Positions 25,680 to 38,600 of a DNA stretch of 64,000 bases are shown here, piece by piece (position 1 is the first letter of the stretch; every line of letters starts with the position of its first letter). The translations under genes were made by a program, and so were the position numbers. This DNA is from Octopus sinensis (taxonomy: Eukaryota), in the NCBI RefSeq assembly GCF_006345805.1, contig NC_043004.1, positions 82,274,001-82,338,000 on the forward strand. Reading direction: 5' to 3'. The notes under the pieces were generated by a model. It did no database searches and had not been told where the DNA came from. It worked only from the letters and a program-made list of their open reading frames with translations.

Positions 25680-25960
25680 GTCTTGGCTACACGCGGGTGG
25701 AAGGGACTGGTGACACAGGCTTCATTCATACTTTGAATTTGGTGATACTAGCTGTGGCTTCTAGCTCGCTCTGATATGAGTTGAGTTGGTGCCTTCTAGT
25801 ATCTCAAAATTCAATATTCAATCATTCATGATTGTTAGTATCCTGCGCTGATGAAAGAAGAAGTCTGGGTAAAGTAGAGTTATCTAATTCTTATGCTTTC
25901 CTAAGACTTGATCTCAAAACGTACGTCCGTAGGTGACTTAAAACTGTATGATAGATTGCC
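25680..25960 (+). mobile_element. PLE-type repeat with a type I hammerhead carrying G12A
   Basis: CCTGCG-CTGATGA-(long stem II, AAGTCT/AGACTT)-AAAA-CGTACG-TC-CGTAGG at 25842-25933. Confidence 0.55.
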
Positions 25961-26300
25961 GTTAATTCATTCTCTTTTACCTGTGTGTTTGCCTTTCAAA
26001 TGCTGTGCCTTTACTGTGATCTCCCTTAGTAGAAGAAATAGCTATAATCTCTTTGACTGCTATTTCTAAATTCGGTGTGTGTGGTAAGGCAATTCGTTGC
26101 TAAACCCTTAATTGCTTAGTATACATATATATATGTATATATATATATGCATACATATATATGTATATATATGTATATATACACACATATATATGTATAT
26201 ATTTACATATATATATACATACTTATAATACAAACATATATATATGTATATGTGTATATATATTATATATTACTTTTATTTTTATACATATATACATGTA

Positions 26301-26342
<42 letters not shown>

Positions 26343-26779
26343 ATACATAGCCATACACATTCACACATTCACACATACGCACATATTACATTCTACATTA
26401 GTAGCATTAATAATGTCGAATCCTTCCTTTAATTATCAACTCACCAATATTATCCTTATTTAAACATATTTCGTCCAATATTTACAAAAATCAAAATTAT
26501 TCCATTAAAGCTTCTCGGAATTCTTAACTAATTATTTGTATTCATCAATTTTAATTAACAATTTTCAAATTCAGGTGGGTAAATTTTTTATAACCTGTGA
26601 CAAAAGCTATCATGGACGATGAGATAACAGCTTTCAAAGGACACGAGTGCACAAAGAAATTAGCAAAAATAAGAAGCAAAACCATTAGACCTTGTTGCCA
26701 CAGAAAATCCAATGAAGCAATTACTTGCTCAGTGGAAGCTTATAATCAATGACACTGTTGTTCACAAATGCATGGCTAA

Positions 26780-26829
26780 TAATATTAATGATAATAATAA
26801 TAATAATAATGATAATAATAATAATAATG

Positions 26830-26875
<46 letters not shown>

Positions 26876-27076
26876 TAATAATAATAATAATCATAATAAT
26901 AATAATAATAAAAATAATGATAATAATAATGATAATAATAATAATAATAACGACGATAATAATAATAACAAAAATAATAGTTATAATAACAGCAATTGTT
27001 CTAGTAGTTGAAATATTAGTATAAGTAGTAATATTGATGACGACGACGGTGATGATGATGATGATGATGTTGTTGT

Positions 27077-27131
<55 letters not shown>

Positions 27132-27185
27132 GATGATGATGGTGATAATGATGATGGTAGTAGTAGTAGTAAGAATTATAAAGAC

Positions 27186-27219
<34 letters not shown>

Positions 27220-27228
27220 GTAATAGTA

Positions 27229-27306
<78 letters not shown>

Positions 27307-27320
27307 GTGGTAATAAAATT
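26780..27320. repeat. Compound (AAT)n/(GAT)n/(GGT)n microsatellite
   Basis: Direct inspection. It explains the poly-N/I/M ORFs. Confidence 0.95.
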
Positions 27321-27859
27321 TGATGATTCAAAGCAAATGATCCTAGTTAATGATACTTGCTGATTAAATATTTCCCTCCACCTCTCTCAGCAACGGTACT
27401 GCTTGCACCCTGTTAACATAATCTGAGAATTAATTAATTACTTGCTGTTGCTGAATAATACTCCCTGATGAGTTCTGATTGAATAAACCCCTAAATAAAA
27501 GTGTTCAAACTACTCCCAACCAATATCCTTCTTGTTTGTTTGTTTTTATTTATTTCTCCTTCTTTATCCCATAAAATGTATTTACGATTACATAATACAA
27601 TATTTGCTTCTTGTTTGCTTTTGTGTTTGTTCTTGTTTTTTCTCTCTGTTCTAAGACTTCAGTGTGAGATTTAAGAGGGATTCAACATCTTCTATCTTGC
27701 TCAAGTCAAGCATTTACTAATGGTTCCCTCTCTGACACGCAGAATTAACTGTAGAGTGTTTATTTAATTTATTTTGTTTGTCAGTCAGAGATAAAGGGCA
27801 TCGTGCCTAAAGAGATATGCACCTTGTTTCGAAAATATGGTGAAATGGATATCGTTTAT

Positions 27860-28525
27860 CTTTTATCTTTCGCTTGTTTCAGTCAGTAGACAGCGGCCAT
27901 GCTGGGGCACCGCCTTGAGCAGTTTCTTATTCGAATAAATCGACCCCAGTAATTATTGGTTGATTTTTTTTCTTTGAGTCGGTATTTATTCTATCGGTCG
28001 CTTTTGCTGAAAAGCTAAGTTACTGGGGCGTAAACACACCAACACCGATTTCCATTGGTGATGCGGGGGCAGACACAAAAACACGCACGCTCATATGCAC
28101 ACATACATGCAAAAATACATACATACATACATACAAAAATACATACATGCATACATACATGCATACATACATACATACATACAAACACACATACATAAGA
28201 CAAGGCATAAATAATGGCCATTAGATACTTCTGCTATAGTGGATCAAATCTGGCTTACAGTTGTTTCCTGTAGTCATCATAGGTTTGTTACTGATGATTT
28301 TACTCAATTGGTCCAAAGAGCAGTAGAGAAAAATTGAACGACTTAAAACAAGCGTTGGAATGGTACGAGCAAAGAATGGCACAACAGGCTTCTTTCAGTT
28401 TCCCTCTATGAAATCCACCCAGGAGGCTTTGGCCAGCCAAAAGCTATAGTAGAAGACACTTTCTTGGAGCAGACCGAACCCAGAGTAATTTGGTTGAGAA
28501 ACAAACTTCCTACCACACATCCAAG
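27860..28525 (-). mobile_element. Two OK-type SINE halves (3' half 27860-28090, 5' half 28385-28525), degraded
   Basis: Tail motif GGCGGTGCCCCAGCATGGCCG and head/body remnants on the minus strand. Confidence 0.65.
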
Positions 28526-29256
28526 ACAAAAAAAATCAAAACGTGTTTTATATAATCAATTTCTGTTCTTGCTGTTTATGCGCAAATCGTCACCGAGTAA
28601 TTATAATCAGTGAACCAAAGAGTTCTAGTTGTGGCCGTCCTTTTTTTCCCTTGTATATTATGCTGAGTTTTGAGGGATTTTTTTATATTTGATACCACAT
28701 GTTTCTTGAGAGAATTGGCTGCTATTTCTACCAGATCAGGTGCAAAATTAGATGACTTCTTTGTTAACGTGTGATGTATTGTTGTGCACGAAATTGTACA
28801 AAAGTTGTAAGGGTGAACGAGTGCCTTGTAAAACTATGTTAGGTCTGATGAATTCCATATTCTCCAAAGAACAGAGTTGTTGAGGCAACGTATATGCACC
28901 AGTCTGCAGCAGTGGGGCCGAGTCTAGGAAGACAAGTTATAGGAGGAGAAGGTACACCTTCGGAGTAAAACAAACTGTGATGGTTAGTTGGGATGTTGTT
29001 CTGGAAAGCCCGGACTTTTCTTAGTTTCATACAGCTGACAGGAAGTACCGGTCATCCCGGGTCATAGTCGTTGGTCAGCCTTATCATTGGAACAATCCCT
29101 TTCAGATGGGATAGTTACTTTGCCACAAGAAAGGTTCATGGCGCAGATCATGAATCATGATTCTCAGAAGTATTCATTGTCGTTGTGGTCGGTTGGGGTC
29201 AGCGTATCACAACCAACTGCGATGATGAAATGCTCTCACTTCCGTTGGAAACTCAC

Positions 29257-29389
29257 CGCTGAAGGTACACAGAAGATATAGCTTATGTGATAGCTGTCGC
29301 GATTGTTCGGCCAGTAGCACGTCAGCTTTCTCTGTTGTCGGTGATATGAAAGAAATGCAAACCACCAACTGCCTGCACTTCTTATAGAT
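29257..29389 (-). CDS. Candidate internal exon (IYKKCRQLVVCISFISPTTEKADVLLAEQSRQLSHKLYLLCTFSG), product unknown
   Basis: Acceptor ttccttcatttgtag| and donor |gtgagt. Two of the three frames are open, so the frame is uncertain. Confidence 0.35.
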
Positions 29390-29928
29390 CTACAAATGAA
29401 GGAAATGGTAGCCATGTTTCGGTTTAATGCTCAACCGTAAACGAGTAAGTTAGCAAAGAGGTCACATTAAATGCTCCAAACTAATACTTTTGATGACTAC
29501 GAAGACTTGTAATTTCACTGGAATTTAACCCTAAAATCTGGAAACTGCTTAAAAACTAACCCGTGCATTTATAATCTAAAATTAGTCAACTGTATTTTAT
29601 GAATGACTGCTCGCAAGAAATTCAATACAATCACTAAACTAGCAATGGTTCGAAAACAGCAGAAGGAAATAATTGATGGTGTGAAGAACTCGTGATGTGC
29701 ATAAAACTTTAAGCAATTTCATTGTAGTCTCAGCGATCTCAACCTTCAGGTTTCCGCCCGAGATCAAAACACTTCCTGTTAAACAATCAATCATGTTGGA
29801 AAGAGTTTCTGTAGATTAGATACAATTTCTTTTCTCTAGCATGTTACATTAGGATAAGTAGCGTAGGATGATTGTAAACCGAAATTACTCTCACACACAC
29901 ACACACCCACACACCCACAACACACACA

Positions 29929-29961
<33 letters not shown>

Positions 29962-30484
29962 TAGACATTAATCTGAGCAGCTAGTCTCAATACAAAGCCG
30001 AATAGGAAAAATGTAGTCGTCACTAACTGTGACTGTGGGTGCCAAAAGCACAATTATTGCTAGAAATGACAGTTAAACACTTACAGCTGCGTGAAAACCA
30101 CATTTATCTATACTGACAGGGTGAATAACTGCCTTCATTAATATTTTAATATGATTTTTTTTTCAGTATCCCTGGCTATTTTAAAATGTTGGCATTCATG
30201 GTAATTACAAATTATATTGTAATCATCCTATAGATGAAGATTATAGTCCAAAAATCACGTGAGATGAGGAAACGCGCGTAGCGATATATTAAATTATAAA
30301 TGAAATTCCACCCTTGGCTTATTATTATTAATGTATTTATCCTACGTCGTGTAGGCACAGCTCGGTACTATCTCATAAAATTGCTATTGCAAGGCGGAAT
30401 TACGAGGTCGTAGCTGGCATAATAGCATAGAAGCGTTTACGTACGTACGCAAAATGTTATCCGTAAACGAACATTATATATATA

Positions 30485-30578
<94 letters not shown>

Positions 30579-30583
30579 CATAC

Positions 30584-30618
<35 letters not shown>

Positions 30619-30675
30619 CATACATATATGTATCCATATATATATATATATATATATATACTATATATATATATA

Positions 30676-31816
30676 TCTTCGAAGTATACGTCTCGCTTTT
30701 ATCCTTCGAAACGTAGAGTAGATGAAACCTTAGCGACTGAAGAAGGGGATTTCTCGTTGTGCTTATTGTCCTGTATCTCTTTTTTTCTCTTTTGCTTGTC
30801 CTGTTCCTTGGTTTGTGTCTATGTTTTTCGTCTCTCTATGTGTTCGACGTCTTTTTGGTGTCCTGTACACATATATGCGTGTATATGTACATGTAGAGGT
30901 AGGTACGTACAATATGTTTATATATATGCATATGTTCTATTTTATTACATATATACGACTAACGCACGCACCCTATTAAGTAAGATTGTTCTGTTATCAA
31001 GTTAGCCTTGATATTAACTCCACGCGACTCTGCAATCTTCTTTCTTTCTCTCCCATTCCCTTTTTCGTCTTTTTCCCTCACTTAACTTGTCTCTTCCTCT
31101 CTCCTCATTCTTCATTCTCTCTCTCCCGCTCACAATTCTTCATGGTCTCCTCGCACCATTCCCCTTCTTCTCTCTCTTCCTCTTGCTCCTCCTCCCCCAT
31201 TCCCGTCGTCCATCTGCGACGATTACTTCCGTCGTAACTGCTATCCTGTCTTTTCTCCCCCGCCTTCTAAGGCCACTGGTCGACATTCTTTCTCTCTCGT
31301 CGTCCACATAATCCAGCGTTTGCATTACTTTTTTCGTCTGGCGTCGTAACAGCCTTCTTATCTTGTTCTCCTTGTCCTGTCTCTCACTGTTATATATTTA
31401 TTTTTCAACTGTTTATATATAATTTTTTTACTGTTTATATGTTTGTACTGTCGTACCGTCTTGCTTTTTTTTTTTACCATTTTTTTACCCCTCTGCGAAA
31501 AGATCTCAGAATTTTAATTGATTTGCTTTTCGCAGGAAGGAAGTTTCTTCGAAGTATACGTCTCGTTTTATCCTTCGAACGTAGAGTAGTGAAACCTTAG
31601 CGACTGAAGAAGGGGATTTCTCGTTGTGCTTATTGTCCTGTATCTCTTTTTTTCTTTTTTGCTTGTCTGTTCCTTGGTTTGTGTCTATGTTTTTCGTCTC
31701 TCTATGTGTTCGACGTCTTTTTGGTGTCCTGTACACATATATGCGTGTATATGTACATGTAGAGGTAGGTACGTACATATATGTTTATATATATGCATAT
31801 GTTCTATTTTATTAAC

Positions 31817-31822
<6 letters not shown>
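30676..31822 (+). mobile_element. Non-coding retrozyme-like element: two direct repeats of about 280 bp (30676-30955, 31546-31822), each with a permuted hammerhead, around a 590-bp spacer
   Basis: The repeats are nearly identical with an offset of 870 nt. There is no RT/EN ORF, and (TA)n tracts flank both sides. Confidence 0.75.
30687..30750 (+). ncRNA. Candidate non-circularly permuted hammerhead ribozyme
   Basis: Stem III TACGT(30687-91)/ACGTA(30711-15); C17 at 30692; stem I TCGCT(30693-97)/AGCGA(30732-36); GAAA 30708-11; CTGAAGA 30737-43; stem II ATCCTTC(30701-07)/AGGGGAT(30744-50). Confidence 0.65.
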
Positions 31823-31880
<58 letters not shown>

Positions 31881-32173
31881 TTGTATGTTTTTATGTAGGT
31901 ATGTATATATATGTATATAGTAGAAATCTGTTACGAAAAGAAAATATAAAATACACGTGGAAATGTAAGGGTAAAATATGAAAAATCAACGAAAATGCAT
32001 ATTGCAAATAGAAAAAGGCTATTTATGACAGGTAGTGACAAATATATACGTTTAGATTGACTCAGGTAGTAATACGAGTCATAAAGGTCATTATTATGAG
32101 ATGATTATAAGATGATAATAAAGTAAGAGAACAAAACGAACCAGTGGTTTACGCGAGGGCTATTCATCGTTTG

Positions 32174-32226
<53 letters not shown>

Positions 32227-32427
32227 ACGGGTTTCAGGTTTCCGTTTATCAAATCCACTCAAGGCTATAGTAGAAGACACTTGCCCAAGGTGCCATGCAG
32301 TGGGACTGAACCCGGAACCGTATTATATATATATATATAGGTATAGACGTGAGTGTCTGGTAAGGAGATTGTTTCTCAACCACACGGATAGAACCACGTC
32401 GTATATTCATATATGTATGAATGTGTG

Positions 32428-32489
<62 letters not shown>

Positions 32490-32496
32490 TATGTAC

Positions 32497-32745
32497 GTAT
32501 ATTGGTTCAGTCTTTGGAGCAGCCGATAATTCTATTTTGTAGTACTCAGTTACATCCCTTTTCAGCTTCAAATCGAAACGACCAATCGTTGACTTAGCGA
32601 TCCTCATTTCCGATGTCGATACAACATAAATGCTTTTAAAATTCTTGTGTTTGATATAATTTGCCATAAATCTATGCACCACGCCAACATAAATACCGAC
32701 TGCCTTACGTATGAATACATATTCCTCATTTGTAATCATACATTT
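32497..32745 (-). CDS. Candidate exon, ANF-receptor-like ligand-binding domain segment (receptor guanylyl-cyclase type)
   Basis: Acceptor tgcatgtttttatag|, phase 0, the only open frame: KCMITNEEYVFIRKAVG...KNFKSIYVVS...RFDLKLKRD. Resembles the ANF motifs M.TNGEYVFI and AF.SVLVIS...F..KVK. Donor position uncertain. Confidence 0.45.
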
Positions 32746-33192
32746 CTATAAAAACATGCACGATGCGTTCCCCAGTTCTTTCCCATCCAAAACAACTTAG
32801 CGTTTGAGTTTCGACTTTCTGATAGATCAATTGTTTACATCAACAGCCTCGCCTATTTATTTACCTTTTGAAATATGTAGTTGACATTATATATTCTCGG
32901 ATAAATTTTCCGTAAATGTTTTTCTTTTATAGCCGTCCGTAGCTAACAATTACCTCCGTTTCACTCTGCATCCGCGCAAAGAAGTAGTTATTAGGGAAAT
33001 GATAGATGACTAACGCTTTCAAATCGTTAGAGTCCTTTGTGACAGGAGGTATGTTGGTGCATTTATAAACTAATGTATGGAATATGTTTGCCTATTTAGG
33101 GAAGAAAAAGACTTGAAAAACTCTTGCAAAGGAATCGCTATTAATTTCACATTATGTACGGTACTGTTGCTCAGTGTGTGTTTATGCATGCA

Positions 33193-33193
<1 letters not shown>

Positions 33194-33260
<67 letters not shown>

Positions 33261-33261
33261 G

Positions 33262-33308
<47 letters not shown>

Positions 33309-33309
33309 C

Positions 33310-33381
<72 letters not shown>

Positions 33382-33382
33382 C
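33194..33382. repeat. (TATC)n microsatellite forming the 5' flank of the full-length Tx1-like LINE
   Basis: Direct inspection. Confidence 0.95.
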
Positions 33383-33606
33383 TACTCTCACAATGGACGG
33401 ACGCTAGTCATATCGGCTCCAAGTAAGTTGGCCACTTTTACATGTTTAAAACTCCTTGTTGTCAAATATTTTGTTTTAATCGTTGTGCAAATTCATTCAC
33501 TAAAAAACCTGAGAATTATTCACGTAGAATTCCGCCCCTGTATGGGCGAAATTACAAAAAACTTTCAAAACTTTCGTGGGTTTTTTAGCCATTTTTCATT
33601 TTGAAA

Positions 33607-35598
33607 ATGGCAACTAGAAACCACGTGGCTAGCCCGCCAGTCATGCAGAACGGTAGCAAAACACTATTGCTACCACTAGCTGCTAAACATCGCAGCGTGA
33701 ACACCGCTGTCACCACCATCACCCCACCAACAACAACAAAACAAATCTAACGTCGCATTCACCATCGCCGCGACCAAAGACATTAACTTAGATTTCCCCT
33801 CACTCCCACACCACTTGTTGATGATAAAGGGACAGAGAAAGGGATTTCAAAAATGAATACAAACGAAAACATGAATGCCAGCACCACCACCATCACCACC
33901 AACAACAACAACAACGAAATTGGCACAAAGCCGCCTACCAAAGACAACACCGCCAACACCAACACCACTACTACGACGTCAAATGCTACATCCAAGCCTT
34001 CTGCTGCTAATACCGCCAACACCAACACCACTACATGACTTCAATTAACACTGCCACAATTAACACTTCTACTGCCAAATTCAAAACGAATTTTGCGGAC
34101 GTAACAAAACAAAAAAGAACAATTGTAACATTCACCACACAAGAGATAAACCGCACAAAGGCACTCTTCTCCAAAGAAGGAGACAAATTGCACCTTCATA
34201 TTCCACAACACATCGTGGAAAACACAAAAAAAAAACAATAATTTATAAAGTAATAAACAAAAAAACAAGAAGAACAGAAAATGCACCGCAGGAAAAAATC
34301 GATAAATGCCTTCGTCCTGTATGGGACTCCAAGGAATATATCAGTTGGGGAAACAAATTTGGTACAGTCCAAGTACGTTTCCTCAACGAAAGTTTAGCAA
34401 AACGTTTTTCCACATTGGAGCTACATTCGGACGACTTGGTAATGATACCAGTCTATTTAAACAAAAGGGTCACGAAAGTCCAAATAAAAAACATACCATT
34501 TGATGTCGAAACACAATGGTTGGTCTCTGCCATCTGCTTTTTGAAATGTCAGAGACAAACATCCTGGAAATCGCGGTTCTAGGAGAGAAAGACTATGTGG
34601 GCAAATCAATCGAATTCCTGCTTCAATTGGATGAAGCAGCAAGAGAGAAGATACCCACCGCTATAGAACTGCCAGGAGGCTACAAACTCTATATAGTGGT
34701 AGAGGGCAGGCGACCACGCTGCTATTTGTGTGGAAGCGAAACACACTTGAAAAAGACGTGCCCAACCACTGCACACCAGAGCAACAACAACAACCACTAC
34801 CACAACCAAAGCACTCCGGAAAAAAAGCTCTACTACCCACACCACCATCAACACAGAAGACGACAAGAGAAGCACACCAAGCTAATCCGTCATCAACCAA
34901 AAACCACTCGACACCTGAAAAAATACCAACACTACCATCAACAGCAAAACCCAAAGGAACAGAAAAACAAAGAAAACACACACAAACTGATCCCCCATCC
35001 CTTATACCGCACTCAACACACACAAACACTCAACAACCAACAACAACGAAAACAACAACACAACCACTTACACAGACATACATAGAAGCCCACAACATAC
35101 CCCTACCCCCTTCTGATTCCTCAGAAATTTCGTCGGAAGACGAAACCAGTGAGGAATGGCAAATAGCTACAAAAAGAAGGAAAATAAGAGCAGCAGAAAC
35201 ACAACCAAACCAAATGCAAACACGAACAAAGCAGGGGGAAATACATCTCCCGAAGACATTTCAAAACCCAACGCAAACAACAGCCACACCAACACCACAA
35301 AAACATATACAGCAAACATGCTCACAGCCATAGACCCAAAAACACAAATTTGATGGAATACATCCAATCAAAAACAAACATAACAGAAGATGACATAAAA
35401 ACAAACAACCACCCATACACAACACCACCAGACCACATCAAAATATTACACATCTCCAAAAGTCTGCACCACACACTCAAAGGCATTTTCCCCAGTGCGG
35501 TTGGTAAATGCCAAAATATCTCACAAAGAAACTGTACTGGGATCTTCTCGAGGACAAACCAACGGAGGAGAAAGCAAAAACTTTCGAGCAGTAAGTAA
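33607..35598 (+). CDS. Tx1-like ORF1 (gag-like, CCHC zinc knuckle), frameshifted in this sequence
   Basis: ATG at 33607. T/N-rich N-terminus, then CYLCGSETHLKKTC (CX2CX4HX4C), then a T/P/Q-rich tail. Pieces lie in several frames. Confidence 0.75.
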
Positions 35599-35625
35599 CC
35601 CTCTGTATTCTAATTCATTAGAACT

Positions 35626-38600
35626 ATGATCAAGATTGGTTGTGTAAATGCGCGTGGCTTGGGGTCCCCTTGGAAACAAGGGTACCTCTTAAATGACATA
35701 AAGTCACATAAGTTAGAAATCATAGCCATAAGCGAGACCAGACTCCACAATCCGCGGGCCCTAAAGACCATGTTTGGCGGACAGTTCAACATTTATTTTT
35801 CCCCCTGTGCCGAGAATGGGCGGTAGTGGCACCGCGGTACTTTTTCACAAGAGTCTGGATCTCAATGTAAGGACAATATTCGTAAACCCGGAGGGTAGAC
35901 TGGTCGTCCTGGATGTCGACGGCAGCAATGGGTGCGCTTTTCGACTCGTATCAGTTTACGCACCGCCCTTAACAGGTCGGGCGGATTTCTTTCAACGTCT
36001 AGAAGTTTTCTTGGGAACGTCTCGTCCTTTACTCTTAGTGGGGGATTGGAATGCTACCTTGGACACGCATGTAGACTACGTGGGTAGAGATAGGAATAGA
36101 CGGGGATGCAAATGCCTCAGAGACCTGCTCAGACGCTTTCAACTGTCTGACAGGTTCGACTAGACCACCCGAATGCGCCAACGTGGACATGGAGCAACCG
36201 CATCGGGTCGTCGAGATCGTATCTAGATAGGATACTGTGTAGGACAGTAGATAGAGATAGCATAGGATGTCCACAATTCCACATAGTCAGCTACACGGAT
36301 CACAAACTTGTGACATGTACGCTAGACTTAGGTAAGACACTTAGGCAGGGTCCCGGATACTGGAAACTAAACGCGTCTTTCCCATCGAGACAAGTTTTCA
36401 GAGACCGGATTAGCACACTAGTAAAGAGGGCTTTGACGGGAGCCATCATCAACAACAAATGGTGGTTTGCCCTCAAGAGAGCAGTAAAAGCAGAAGCGAT
36501 TAGGTACAGCAAAGCACTAGCCATAGATAGAAATAGAGTAGAGGGTGAGCTAGTTAAGAAGCTAGAAGAGGCAATTAGAAGCGGCATCGCATCCGACGTT
36601 TTGGCGGCGAGGTTGGCCCTCGACCAACACTTCAACGCCAAACACGAAGGATGTGCTGTCAGAGCTAGGATGCGTGCTCTAAGGAACGAAGGTGTTGGAG
36701 CCGCGAGAGAGGCCCGGGTGGCAGAGGCGCAACAGGGCAACAAAGCCACCATTCGGTCACTGGTAGATGAACAGGGGCGCGAATTGCTCGAGCCAAGTAA
36801 AATGTGTGAGGCCTTTCAGCAGCATTTTGCCCGACTGTTCGGAACGAGTGGAGGGCAAGAACGTAGGGTGGACTTCAGTGCCTACCTACATAGCCTACCA
36901 CGACTCTCGACAAGAAAGGCAGGGTGCTGCGAAGGTGCCATCACGGCGGCGGAAGTGCGGGAAGCGATGGCAGAATGCTCGAGGGACAAATCACCGGGTT
37001 TGGATGGTCTACCCTACGAGCTTTACAATTGTATGCCAGACTTGTTTGGAGATCTCTTGGCGGCGGGTGTACTGCAACTGGCAGCAAAACGGGAGCATTC
37101 CTGGTTTTGTGAGCCGAGGAGCCGTAACACTGCTGAAGAAAGATCTAAACAAGGGAAATGTAATAGATAACTTTAGGCCCATCACTCTGCTTAATGCAGA
37201 CTTGAAAATTTGGCCAAGGTGCTAGCCAAGAGGTTGGCGCTTGTCATCGAGAAACTGGTCGACAAGGCGCAAACATGCGCCGTGCCAGGCCGGACCATCC
37301 ATGACAACCTCCATCTGATGCGCTACATCATAGACAGGGTAGTTAACGAACCTGGCATGGGTGGGGCCCTGATCAACTTGGATCAATCGAAAGCCTTTGA
37401 TAGGGTAGACCATCGATACTTGGAGGCAGTCCTGAGAGCGGCTGGTTTCGGTCCCGTCTTCCGCGGCTGGATAGCTGCCTTGTACAGAGGCATCCGTTCG
37501 GTAATTCGCGTAAATGGACATCTATCGAGACCTTTCGACATTGCACGTTCGGTCCGTCAGGGATGCCCCCTCTCGGCGCTTCTATACGTATTGACTCTTG
37601 AGCCACTACTGCGGAAGCTGGCGACTCTAAGGGGCATCCCGCGAGAATTGGGATGCGGGACGAGCGTGTCTGCATACGCGGACGACGTCACCGTCATAGT
37701 GTCTAGCCACGAGCACATCGAGCTGGTCGGCGAGACACTGAAAAACTACGAAGCGGTGACAGGAGCGAAAATCAACCGGGAAAAGTCAGTGGGCTTGCGA
37801 CTAGGCACCTGGAGAAGCAAGCCCATGCCGTCCACCAGCGCCTCCGTCGTGGGACGCTGGACCGACGGCCCGGTTGAGTTGCTCGGGGTCTGGTTTGGTC
37901 CGGACCTCCAAGTGGAGAAGAACTGGAACGAGATAACGAGTAGGGTGGTCACTCTCGCCCGGCAATGGGCCGAGAGGAAACTGTCCCTAAAAGGTCGAGC
38001 GGAGGTGGCGAACACGTACATCGCGTCCGTCATCTACTACCGCCTGACCGTCGTACCTTGTCCCGACCCTACCATCACCAAACTACAACGCATCCTCTTT
38101 CGCTTCTTGTGGAAAGGATGCGTCCCGATGGTCAGGCGATCCATTTGCTGTCAACACCCGTTAAAAGGAGGGCTGGGCATGCCGTGGTTGATGATGCGCA
38201 GACACGCGCTGAGACTGCGACATCTCTGGCTCTATGTAGACGACGGTGAACAGGTGTGGTCGCCGTTTGTGAGGCACGCTTTCCCGCAGCTCGTCTCCAT
38301 GACCGAACTGCAGTCGTGGATCAAAAAGAGGCCGAGGAAGGGCGAATGGCACCGCGAGTGTCGCGTTGCTCTCAAGCAACTCTGCCGTCCTGGGTCGACC
38401 TTAAGTGACTTCAACACAACCAAAGCATTCTATAGGGGTTTAGTGGAGGGGAGGTACGACGACGAGCTCGGGGCGAACCTGGACGTCGACGAGGAGTACC
38501 TGACCCGCCTGTTCGGGACGACTTTCGGGCCAGGGCCCATGGACAACTTCCAGAGATCCCTGGCCTGGCAGTGCTACCGAGAAGCGCTACCCGTTCGGGA

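Noticed and set aside
26631-26771. Short plus-strand ORF MDDEITAFKGHECTKK...
   Set aside because: Under 50 codons, with no motif and no consistent splice context.
27460-27500. CTGATGAG hammerhead-like start (also CTGACGAG near 16930)
   Set aside because: No matching stem II, GAAA or cleavage strand could be assembled.
32500-32570. Cadherin-like spacing in LKRDVTEYYKIELSAAPKTEP
   Set aside because: The key acidic and Gly residues and the DxNDN motif are missing; the ANF-like reading explains more of the exon.
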